Shown here piece by piece: positions 27,207 to 35,111 of a stretch of 37,238 nt of DNA. A program made the position numbers and the translations under genes. The notes under the pieces were generated by a model. The model was not told where the DNA came from. It was given only the letters and a program-made list of their open reading frames with translations, and did no database searches. Each line of letters starts with the position of its first letter. Within the stretch, counting starts at the first letter, position 1. The stretch is from a virus. Taxonomy: Duplodnaviria; Caudoviricetes. The stretch covers positions 1-37,238 of the IMG/VR virus record IMGVR_UViG_3300010366_000026; one strand, given 5' to 3'.

Positions 27207-27229
27207 AGACACACCTCCATCTCTCTCCG

Positions 27230-27880
27230 CGCCCTGCGGCCCTAAGGCAATATGTGCTGCCGCTTAGCGGCAGCGCCTGCGACGGTCACGCACTTCACTC
27301 GGTCGCTACGGCGCTACTTAATGGCGCGCTCCCTCGCTTGTGCGGACGTCGCCTGCGTATCCGTATCTCATCCCCGCCCCGCCCGGCTGCCGCTACCGGT
27401 CATGTGATTTGGTCGGCAGCCCTGATGCCGGGCCTTGCATCATGGCGGTGCCGGTCCCGCGGGGCGTGGCCCGGGCGCACCTCGCCCTGCCGGGGCGGGA
27501 TGCGCGGGGACCGGAGGTCCTTACCGGACCTCCACGAAATCCCAGAAAGGGCGAAGACGCCCGGCGCACTGTCTCAACAGCTGATTACTGAGCGGGGCAG
27601 GTCGGCCGGTCTCCCCACAGCTGCGCTCTCACCGACGGCGGCGACGTACAGCCGAGACAGCAGCTGCGGTCGCGTCCCGGTCGCGGATCTGGACGTGGGG
27701 TGAACGTTGTGTGTCGTTCACCGCATGCGAAGCATCGCATGCCGGCAGCCCACGCCCCGTCATCCTCTGCCTGGATTCAAATCCGATCAGGCGCCGGGGT
27801 CACTTGGTGCTACGTGCCTGCTGCCCTGCAGGTCCTGTTTCGTCCTAGCCCGGTCATGTTCCCAGGCGTCGGGCTGGCTA
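27230..27880. ncRNA. Candidate large structured non-coding element (RNA or origin)
   Basis: At least six 8-bp perfect inverted-repeat pairs plus shorter and long-range helices; no RBS-supported ORF; family unknown. Confidence 0.5.
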
Positions 27881-28060
27881 TGGCTTGTCGTTGGATTGGA
27901 TTGTCCCTTTGTCTTTTCGCGTTTGAGCGGCGATTGCGCGCCGCTCTTTTCTGTTGGTTGGGTGGTCAGTCGATTGCAGCTTTTCAAACCGCTCATACGG
28001 CTGACGAAGAATCTTGAGTTGTTTGGTTTGTGTACGCCCACGTCTCGCCTTCGCGCCCAT
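27878..28060 (-). CDS. Small basic protein with an arginine-rich motif
   Basis: AAGGAGG RBS; NRKERRAIAAQTRK. Confidence 0.65.
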   Translation of the reverse strand: MGAKARRGRTQTKQLKILRQPYERFEKLQSTDHPTNRKERRAIAAQTRKDKGTIQSNDKP

Positions 28061-28084
28061 CTTTACCTCCTTGGCTCCCGGAGC

Positions 28085-28573
28085 TCATCGGTAAACCATC
28101 CTGCAATGACCGAGACACCAGCTGAGACCCGGCACCCGCGGATTGTTGCAGCAGCGCAGGTCCGCCAGCGTCCGGCCCGCGGCGTGGTGATCGGGCGTGA
28201 TGACGTAGCGGCAGCCGCGCACCGAGAGGATGTCCGCCGGGCATTCGCAGCACACCAGGAGAGCGGCAGCGGAGCCCGCCGATAAGCTTCGCCAGCTGCG
28301 GCGCACCGTTCGGGCGGGACGTGCGGAACCGCCGTCGGCGGGCTTGCGCGGGACGTAGGGGCGTGGCTTGCGTATGCGCGGCTTGGGGTCGCGGGGCGGC
28401 AGCGTAATGCCGGGCGGCAGCACGCCGCGGCGGCGCAGCCGCCAGATCTTGCCGGCCACCGCGTTGCGGGTAATGCCGAAGGCGCTGGCGATCGCCGAGA
28501 AGGGTGCATTGCCGCCGCGCACGTAGCGGCATAATGCGTCCGTATCCTCGTCGTGCCAGCGCGGTGTCGGCAT
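28085..28573 (-). CDS. gcrA: GcrA-like cell-cycle transcription regulator
   Basis: W..E..DAL....G..FSAIA...GITRNAVAGKIWRL and C-terminal C..P.VPGLSWCLGH...Y; an alternative start exists at 28675. Confidence 0.8.
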   Translation of the reverse strand: MPTPRWHDEDTDALCRYVRGGNAPFSAIASAFGITRNAVAGKIWRLRRRGVLPPGITLPPRDPKPRIRKPRPYVPRKPADGGSARPARTVRRSWRSLSAGSAAALLVCCECPADILSVRGCRYVITPDHHAAGRTLADLRCCNNPRVPGLSWCLGHCRMVYR

Positions 28574-28893
28574 TATTATAACGCTCCCGGGAAAACTGGG
28601 TTTTCCAAATAGTATTGTGATTTTTACCACCTGTTTATCGGGGGTGTTCCGATAATGTTCAGCTGGACATCGCATTAACTCCTTGCACTATGTGCGACAT
28701 GACAACGGAGCATTACAAAACCGTAAGCCGCGACGGCGGCAACACGATTGTCACAATGCAACGCAGGTTGCGGCAGGTTGCAATTTTGTTGACTGCGTGA
28801 AAGAGGCGCGCGACCATGAGGACGGCTGGAGTTGGGGCGGCACCTGGATGTGGGAGGTCTTGGGGTGGTCGCACGCGTCCTCGAACAATTTCA

Positions 28894-29100
28894 TCATCGT
28901 TCCTTTTCCAGTGCATCGAACAACGACAACGGAATGAGGCCGCCGGATTTGCGCACCAGCGGAATACGCCAGCGGTACGGCACCGTCCTGCGTTCGCGCC
29001 ATTTGTCGATCGCTTTGGTGGCAATCCCGAGCTCGAGCGCATACCGACGTACCACTTTCCAGCCGGGGGAACGGGGTGCGAATATGTCATCGGACCGCAT
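28894..29100 (-). CDS. Cro-like HTH protein
   Basis: ALELGIATKAIDKWRERRTVP; divergent from the repressor. Confidence 0.65.
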   Translation of the reverse strand: MRSDDIFAPRSPGWKVVRRYALELGIATKAIDKWRERRTVPYRWRIPLVRKSGGLIPLSLFDALEKER

Positions 29101-29188
29101 GACCGCAACTCTATACCCCGATCCGTCGGAATTGCAACCGCTGAATTACGAATCGACGGACGCCTTTATTTGGCGACATACCGTCATC
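29101..29188. promoter_or_regulatory. Divergent lysis/lysogeny switch region
   Basis: Minus-strand TTGCAA-N16-TATAGA flanking the palindrome TCCGTCGGA (29122-29130); related site TCGACGGA at 29153-29160. Confidence 0.5.
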
Positions 29189-29515
29189 ATGTCCAGAAAC
29201 GACAACAACGACCCGACAATGACTAAGGCGCACGCCATCAAGGGCCGCATCAAGGATGCGATGCGCAAGTGGCGGGCCGCAAAACAGTACAGCCAGGCGG
29301 AAGCAGCCGGCATTCTCGGCATTTCTCGTCGCACCTACGAAAAATACGAAGGCGACCCGGGACGCGGCATTCCCTATCACGTGCTCGCCCAGTTCTGCCT
29401 GGTCGCGGAGGTCGACACCGACTGGCTGCTGCTCGGCAAGAAGCGCCGCAAGACGGCGCCGCCGGCCATGCCGGTCCTCGTCAAAGCCGCACAAAAAATA
29501 AAAATCATTGCCTGA
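29189..29515 (+). CDS. CI-like XRE repressor (HTH only)
   Basis: MRKWRAAKQYSQAEAAGILGISRRTYEKYE...DWLLLG; no S24 peptidase domain. Confidence 0.75.
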   Translation: MSRNDNNDPTMTKAHAIKGRIKDAMRKWRAAKQYSQAEAAGILGISRRTYEKYEGDPGRGIPYHVLAQFCLVAEVDTDWLLLGKKRRKTAPPAMPVLVKAAQKIKIIA

Positions 29516-29739
29516 TTCACATTAGATCCACGAAAGGTAGAACAGTGCCGGAACGCGATTTGATCGCGTATCCGACGCCGCGGCGTTGACAGCCTACCCT
29601 GTTCTGTCGGAGTGTAGAGGTGCCGAACGCAACTGGCGGCGCGTACTGGCCATACCCCTCAGCCACGTCGCCATGGCCGGTCCGGATCACGGGATAACCG
29701 GGCCGGCCGCTTCGCGCACCGCCGCACAGGAGCTCGCCT

Positions 29740-30243
29740 ATGAAACCGCTCGTCACCGCCGACACCGCACGCTCGCAGATCAGGCAATTACTCGCCGCCT
29801 GTCCCGAGCTCGCCGAGGATGAAGAGTCACTGGTGCTGTCACTGGAAAGCGAAACCGACGCGCTCGATATCATCGACCGTATGATCCGCAGAATCCCCGA
29901 GCTCGAGGACGACGCCGAAACCGCCGCCAAGCACGCAAGGGAATACGGCTACATCAAAGAGCGCCTCGAATTCAGAGCCCGCAAGCTGCGTGAAACGGTT
30001 TTAATGATGCTCCAGGCCGCAGGCCTGCAGAAGCTGCAGCTGCCGAACCACCGCCTTGCGGTCCGCCACAACGTACACGTCATCATCAATGACATGGAGC
30101 TCGTTCCGGAACAGTACCGGAAATACCGGTCGCACTGGGACCCGATGAAAACCGTCATCAAGGACGACATCAGACAGGGCGTGGACGTGCCCGGCTGCGT
30201 ACTCAGCAATCCCGAACCGTCACTGACGATATACCCGCGATAA
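29740..30243 (+). CDS. Siphovirus Gp157-like protein
   Basis: Coiled-coil N-half, VPEQY..DPMKTVIKDDIRQGVDVPGCVLS; AGGAG RBS. Confidence 0.7.
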   Translation: MKPLVTADTARSQIRQLLAACPELAEDEESLVLSLESETDALDIIDRMIRRIPELEDDAETAAKHAREYGYIKERLEFRARKLRETVLMMLQAAGLQKLQLPNHRLAVRHNVHVIINDMELVPEQYRKYRSHWDPMKTVIKDDIRQGVDVPGCVLSNPEPSLTIYPR

Positions 30244-30270
30244 CCAGAACCGGAACAGGAGAGGCGTGAA

Positions 30271-30774
30271 ATGGTGAAACTCACTGATGTGTTCCCGTCG
30301 AGATATCTGCAGGCCGCCGACCTGCAGGGCAGAGAGGTCCGCGTCACCATCGACCGGATCGGCATGGAGGAAATGAACGACGGCAAAGACAAACCGGTGC
30401 TGTCGTTCAAAGGCAAAGAGAAGACCCTGGTGCTCAATAAGGTCAACGCGTCGACCATCGCGGACATGTACGGCGACGAGCTCGATGAATGGATCGGCAA
30501 GGGTATCCTGCTGTATCCGACCAGGGTCGATTTTCAGGGCAAGCGTGTCGATGCCATCCGCGTCAAGTTCGTGCAGCCGCCGCCACGTTCCGCCGGCCGC
30601 GGAGCCCCGCCGCAGCAGGACCGGCAACAGCACCCGTCCGCAGAGCAGCAGCAGCGCCCCGGCATGCAGGAGTTCGCCCGCGGACCGTCCGGCCCGAAAT
30701 ACGACGAGCGCAATCCGCCACCGGCCGACCACTATCCGGCCAATGCCGAATTTGACGACGAGATCCCGTTTTGA
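30271..30774 (+). CDS. Single-stranded DNA-binding-like protein
   Basis: FPSRYLQAADL..LVLNKVN..WIGK OB-like core, disordered linker, C-terminal FDDEIPF. Confidence 0.75.
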   Translation: MVKLTDVFPSRYLQAADLQGREVRVTIDRIGMEEMNDGKDKPVLSFKGKEKTLVLNKVNASTIADMYGDELDEWIGKGILLYPTRVDFQGKRVDAIRVKFVQPPPRSAGRGAPPQQDRQQHPSAEQQQRPGMQEFARGPSGPKYDERNPPPADHYPANAEFDDEIPF

Positions 30775-31181
30775 CGACACCCCGCGGTCCCGACCTCATG
30801 ACCGAGCAGCAGGTTGCCGACACGTTGCACAAGACCCGGAGATGGCTGCGCACCTTCCTGCGCCGCCACCCGGTCGATCGCAACGGTCAGCCGCACTGCA
30901 GCTATCGGGCCGGCCGCACGCTACTCTTTCTCGCATCTGACCTGACCCGCATCCTCACCTCACTGGAAACCCCGCCATGCCCCTCTACCTTCAGAAGCCC
31001 CGCGACGCCAAAAACCCGAACTACCAGATCCGCGGCTCATACCTCCACGTCACCGGCGTATACGAGAGCGCTCGCACTGCTGAACTCAAATTCGCAAAAA
31101 TCGCCCTCAAACGAAAAGAGCGGGAAATCGAGGAAGCCTACCGAAAATCTGCTGAGCTTCCCGGCAAGGCCAGTGGGCTGA
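30771..31181 (+). CDS. xis: Excisionase-like HTH protein with a tail overlapping int
   Basis: LMTEQQVADTLHKTRRWL..YRAGRTLLF; directly precedes the integrase. Confidence 0.55.
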   Translation: MTTPRGPDLMTEQQVADTLHKTRRWLRTFLRRHPVDRNGQPHCSYRAGRTLLFLASDLTRILTSLETPPCPSTFRSPATPKTRTTRSAAHTSTSPAYTRALALLNSNSQKSPSNEKSGKSRKPTENLLSFPARPVG

Positions 31182-32011
31182 CCTTCGCCGAGGCGCTCTG
31201 CGCCTACCTCGAGGCGGGCAAAAGCGCCCGCTTCACCAAACGCCTGCTCGAGCATTTCCGGGATACGCCCTGCGCCGATATCGACCAGCAGGCTATCCAG
31301 GCGGCCGCCAGGACGCTCTATCCGGACGGTGACCCCGCCACCCGCAACCGCCAGTGCTATACGCCGGTAATCGCGATTCTGAATTTCAGTAACGTCCTGA
31401 TCCGGGTCAGCCGGCCGGAAGGCGCCGACGGCAAGCGCCGCCTCGCCTGGCTGCAGCCCGACGAGCTCCACCGCCTGTTCGACGCGGCTTACGAAATCGA
31501 CGTGCGGCTCGGCGCGCTGTGCGTCTTCATGTTCTATACCGGCTGCCGGCTCAGCGAGGCGCTGCGGCTGGAATGGAAGCACCTGGTGCTGGGCGAGAAT
31601 TTCGGATTCATCGGCAAGACGAAAAACGGCGACCCGCGCCCGGTGTTCCTCCCGGAAACGATAGTCGACGTCCTGCAGGGACTGCGCCGCGGCCCGCAGG
31701 AAAAGAGCGGCTCGGTGTTCGGCTATAACCTGCGCACCCTTTACAAACGGTTCCACCGGGCCTGCAAGGCGGCAGGCATCGATCTGCAGCCGCGCACCGC
31801 CACACACATCCTGCGCCACTCCTACGGCGCTCTGATGCGCCGCCACGCCGGCATGGACACCTCCGGGCTGGTCGCCACCGGCGCGTGGAGGTCCCGCAGC
31901 AGCGCGATGATCTACGAACACACCGACGTCACCGAGGAGGCCAGGAAAGCCTCGCTGCTGCCGGGCTGGAAGCCGAAGCTGCGCGTTATTCCCGGCGACA
32001 AGGTCGCGTGA
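30977..32011 (+). CDS. int: Tyrosine integrase
   Basis: TGCRLSE (R), TKNG (K), HILRHS (HxxR), GAW, IYEH (Y). Confidence 0.95.
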   Translation: MPLYLQKPRDAKNPNYQIRGSYLHVTGVYESARTAELKFAKIALKRKEREIEEAYRKSAELPGKASGLTFAEALCAYLEAGKSARFTKRLLEHFRDTPCADIDQQAIQAAARTLYPDGDPATRNRQCYTPVIAILNFSNVLIRVSRPEGADGKRRLAWLQPDELHRLFDAAYEIDVRLGALCVFMFYTGCRLSEALRLEWKHLVLGENFGFIGKTKNGDPRPVFLPETIVDVLQGLRRGPQEKSGSVFGYNLRTLYKRFHRACKAAGIDLQPRTATHILRHSYGALMRRHAGMDTSGLVATGAWRSRSSAMIYEHTDVTEEARKASLLPGWKPKLRVIPGDKVA

Positions 32012-32169
32012 TGTTCATCGCGTTCCTGATCGTGACGGCGGTGCTGCTATTCACTCACAGCGCCGCCGAGCTCGAGGGCGACCCGCACGCCGACCGGCGC
32101 CTGGTTCGCAATGTGATCGTTGCCGCTGCGCTGCTGCGGCTCGCGGGCTGGTTCCTGGGGATCTCCTGA
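32011..32169 (+). CDS. Small membrane protein
   Basis: TGATG overlap with int; two hydrophobic segments. Confidence 0.5.
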   Translation: MFIAFLIVTAVLLFTHSAAELEGDPHADRRLVRNVIVAAALLRLAGWFLGIS

Positions 32170-32209
32170 TATATTTCAGTTAACGACAGAGTTTATTTGA
32201 GTGCGTGTT

Positions 32210-32470
32210 ATGAATACCAAGCTTCACTATGGCCCGTGGTCGTCGCTCGACGTTGCCGAGCGGCGGCTGCAGCTGCGCACGCTGGCGGGAATCGCCGCGT
32301 GCCATGTCGGCAGCAACACCAATCTGGTCCGGCTGCTGCGCGCCGCCGAGCATGACGATATCGCCCTGACGCAGGCGCAGGATGTCTTTGAGGCGCTGCC
32401 GTCCCTGACCCGGCGGCGCATGCTGGCGACGCACGCCGCCGTGACGTTCCCGGCTAAGGGGGGGGGTTAA
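32210..32470 (+). CDS. Hypothetical protein
   Basis: 86-aa ORF, helical. Confidence 0.55.
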   Translation: MNTKLHYGPWSSLDVAERRLQLRTLAGIAACHVGSNTNLVRLLRAAEHDDIALTQAQDVFEALPSLTRRRMLATHAAVTFPAKGGG

Positions 32471-32475
32471 CCGGC

Positions 32476-32949
32476 ATGACCCTGTCCGCACAGGTCCTCA
32501 TAAAGGTCGGCAAGCTGGTGCGCCTGCTCGGCAGCGATCAGCCCGGCGAGCTCGTCGCCGCCGTACAGGCACTGCGCCGCACGCTGGAAAGCGCCGGCAG
32601 CGACCTGCATAATCTGGCCGCCAGCATCGAAAGAGGACTGGACGGCCACGGCTACGGCTCGCAGGACCTCGAGGAAGCGTTCCTCGCCGGGCTGGAGGAA
32701 GGGCGCAAGCAGGGGCAGGCGTCCAGGCCTGCGCCGCAGGTGCGCACCTGGCACGCGGTGGCGATGTGGCTCAGCCGGCGGCTCGACCGTCTCGATTCCA
32801 AGCACCATGATTTCATCCGGCACATGGTCGACTTGATGGAACACCGCGAGCCAACCATGAAACAGGCCGGCTACCTGAAAGGCCTGTTCGTGCGGCTCGG
32901 CGGTGATCCGCACTCGGCGCCGGAGACCTGGGACGACGTCGCGGCATGA
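32476..32949 (+). CDS. Hypothetical phage protein
   Basis: KLVRLLGSDQPGELVAAV..L...G.DLH.LA; C-terminal PTMKQAGYL. Confidence 0.65.
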   Translation: MTLSAQVLIKVGKLVRLLGSDQPGELVAAVQALRRTLESAGSDLHNLAASIERGLDGHGYGSQDLEEAFLAGLEEGRKQGQASRPAPQVRTWHAVAMWLSRRLDRLDSKHHDFIRHMVDLMEHREPTMKQAGYLKGLFVRLGGDPHSAPETWDDVAA

Positions 32950-33121
32950 GCTAGGCTCTGCCGGCCATGCAGGCGTAGAAATCCAATGCGCAAAAGCGAA
33001 AGAGCCCGCCACATAAGCGGGCCCCACATAACCACGCGAATTCATATCACTCGCACTAACTCGCACTAATTCGATCTAACTTTCTTGCTCGCGGTCCTTT
33101 CGCAACAAACAACCGCCTAAT

Positions 33122-33152
33122 GGGAGCCGCGCCGTGTGTGCGGCCCTTTTTT
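33122..33152 (+). terminator. Rho-independent terminator
   Basis: GCCGCGC/GTGCGGC stem followed by TTTTTT, after the rightward int operon. Confidence 0.6.
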
Positions 33153-33196
33153 ATTCTCCGCCGGCAAACGTGCCGGATACTTTCCCACAAGACAGC

Positions 33197-33436
33197 TGTG
33201 TGCAGGACGTGTGCAAATCTGATTTCCCAATGAAATCAATGGCCGCCGCTCCCGTGATCAGGGCACACCTGCAACCACCGGATAGCACCGCCCGGGCCAC
33301 GGAAATCCGGTAAATTCATCGGTTAATCAATGCATTGCTACCCACGGTCCGGTGCCGCCCAAAACGACCCGGCAGGACCAAAAACAGCACGAAAACCCAC
33401 CTCCGCGCGCATGCTTCTGTGTGCAATCGGTGTGCA
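33197..33436. other. Probable attP region
   Basis: Tandem arm-type repeats TGTGTGCA-N4-GTGTGCA at 33197-33215 and 33418-33436; IHF consensus AATCAATGCATTG at 33325-33337; between convergent int and tail operons. Confidence 0.65.
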
Positions 33437-33445
33437 AACCGGAGC

Positions 33446-34336
33446 TCACGGAGCGACGAAATACCAGCCGTTGACGATGAAGACCGACCCGTCGATAGCG
33501 GGATAGCTGCCGTCATAGGCGAACAGACGGGTCACCGGCAGCACCGGCGTGCCGGGATCGTTGGTGATCAGCCCGACCACCGATTTACCGGCGGCGCTGA
33601 TCCCGGTCGCGGCGAACTGGGCATTGGGCGCGATCGGCAGCGAGAAGATGAGATAGCCGGCGCCGGTGCCGTTGGCGACCACCTGGATGGTGACGGTGTA
33701 TTCGATATTATCGCCGATGTGCCGGTAGACACCGGTCGCAGTGGCCGAGCCGAGCGCGCCGGTAAACGCCCTCACTGTCGGAGTCCAGGTCAGCCAGGTG
33801 GTGAGACCCTGCACGTCGCTGAAGGTCGTCACTACAAAGCCGCCGTTGCCGCTGCTGAAGGACTGCACGAAGGTACAGAGATAAACGCCGCCCTGCTGGA
33901 TATCGCCGGACAGCAAAGGCGAAAACCCGTTGTCCTTAAATGCAGGCCTCGCCCCGAGCGGCACCAGCACCGGCGGCCGCGGCCAGCCGGAGCCCGGCGG
34001 CTGCCCGCCCGGACCGTGGTGCTGCGGATCGAAACGCCCGTCCCAGTCGTCATCGTCGTCGCGGTGGTGGTGCTGGTACTGCACGCCGGCCACGTTGATG
34101 GTCACCGGGCCGGTATTGGTGGCGGTCGCAACAAAGATGAAAGACGGCGCCAGATCGGTGTAGCGGTGAATGGTCGGCGTATCATCGCGCGGCGTCAGCA
34201 TGATCGCGTTGCCGTCCGCAGTCGACGCGCTGCAGGGAATCGTGGTCAGACCACCGACCGCAGCAAACTGACGATCAAACAGACTGAGCGGCTGGTTGCC
34301 GCCATGCAGCGTCGAAAAATGGACCGGGAGTGACAT
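33446..34336 (-). CDS. Tail fibre/spike-like virion protein
   Basis: GGAGG RBS; F.ATATNTGPVTINV motif; C-terminal WTPT..GVYRHIGD..FSLP domain. Confidence 0.7.
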   Translation of the reverse strand: MSLPVHFSTLHGGNQPLSLFDRQFAAVGGLTTIPCSASTADGNAIMLTPRDDTPTIHRYTDLAPSFIFVATATNTGPVTINVAGVQYQHHHRDDDDDWDGRFDPQHHGPGGQPPGSGWPRPPVLVPLGARPAFKDNGFSPLLSGDIQQGGVYLCTFVQSFSSGNGGFVVTTFSDVQGLTTWLTWTPTVRAFTGALGSATATGVYRHIGDNIEYTVTIQVVANGTGAGYLIFSLPIAPNAQFAATGISAAGKSVVGLITNDPGTPVLPVTRLFAYDGSYPAIDGSVFIVNGWYFVAP

Positions 34337-34394
34337 GGTACCTCCACTGATTTTTGCTTTGGGGGGAAAACCCGTTTTCAAAGCATAGCGATTT

Positions 34395-34547
34395 TCAGCC
34401 CCGGCGCGCACGCCTGCGGCTGCGCCGCGAACGCCGGGCGGTGTTGAGCGCGGCCGCAACGGCCTGCCGCTGCGGATAGCCGGACGCTTTCATCTCGCGG
34501 ATATTGCTCGCGACGGTCGCCCTGCTGCGGCCCTTACGAAGCGGCAT
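34395..34547 (-). CDS. Small basic protein MPLRKGRSRATVASNIREMKASGYPQRQAVAAALNTARRSRRSRRRARRG
   Basis: Read manually (50 aa); GAGGGG RBS; MPL.KG.S..NI.E..QAVA.AL phage motif plus an Arg tail. Confidence 0.75.
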   Translation of the reverse strand: MPLRKGRSRATVASNIREMKASGYPQRQAVAAALNTARRSRRSRRRARRG

Positions 34548-34550
34548 CGT

Positions 34551-34916
34551 TCAGCCCCTCTTGAGATACAGGAACACCAGGGGCCACAGCCCGACCACCG
34601 AATAGGTGCCCGCCGCGATAATGCCGAGCTCGCTCGGCCGCGCCACCGTCCAGCCCCACACCAGCGACGCGGTGACAACAGCAATCAGCAGCAGGATGCG
34701 CGTGGCGAGGATGCGGGCGAGCGCCTGCGCGGTCTCGAGCAGCGCCGGATTGACATGCTCGATGCGCGCCGGCCCGGGCGGCGGGTCGGGCAGCGGGCGA
34801 GGAGGCACCGGGTGGGGAAGCGGCTGCGGCCGCGGCGGGGACCGGAGCTCCTCGACGTTGTGCAGCATTTCGAACTGCGTGGGGTTAGGCGGCACCTGGT
34901 GCTGCAGAGGGTCCAT
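34551..34916 (-). CDS. Membrane protein with two C-terminal TM segments (holin candidate)
   Basis: AGGAG RBS; Pro-rich N-terminus, two hydrophobic helices, basic C-terminus. Confidence 0.55.
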   Translation of the reverse strand: MDPLQHQVPPNPTQFEMLHNVEELRSPPRPQPLPHPVPPRPLPDPPPGPARIEHVNPALLETAQALARILATRILLLIAVVTASLVWGWTVARPSELGIIAAGTYSVVGLWPLVFLYLKRG

Positions 34917-34928
34917 TGCGCTCTCCTG

Positions 34929-35111
34929 TCATCCAAAGAAATCCTCGGTCTCGCCGGGGCTGATCTTGTGCTGGATCGCCAGCAGCTTCGCGACGTTGGC
35001 AACCGCAGTGTTGCGGTCCCGCGCCGCCTTGCCAGCGTCCTCGGCGATATCCAGCGACACCGCCATGGCCCGCTCGAGGTCGCCTCTCCTGGCTGGTTTC
35101 TTGCGGGTCAT
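34929..35111 (-). CDS. Hypothetical protein
   Basis: ATGA-coupled, 60 aa. Confidence 0.6.
   Translation of the reverse strand: MTRKKPARRGDLERAMAVSLDIAEDAGKAARDRNTAVANVAKLLAIQHKISPGETEDFFG

Noticed and set aside
27773-27784. GGATTCAAATCC resembles a tRNA T-arm
   Set aside because: No acceptor, D or anticodon arms can be built around it; kept only as part of the structured region
30977-31181. 205-bp xis/int overlap as a programmed frameshift
   Set aside because: No slippery site seen; int has its own ATG, and xis/int overlaps are common
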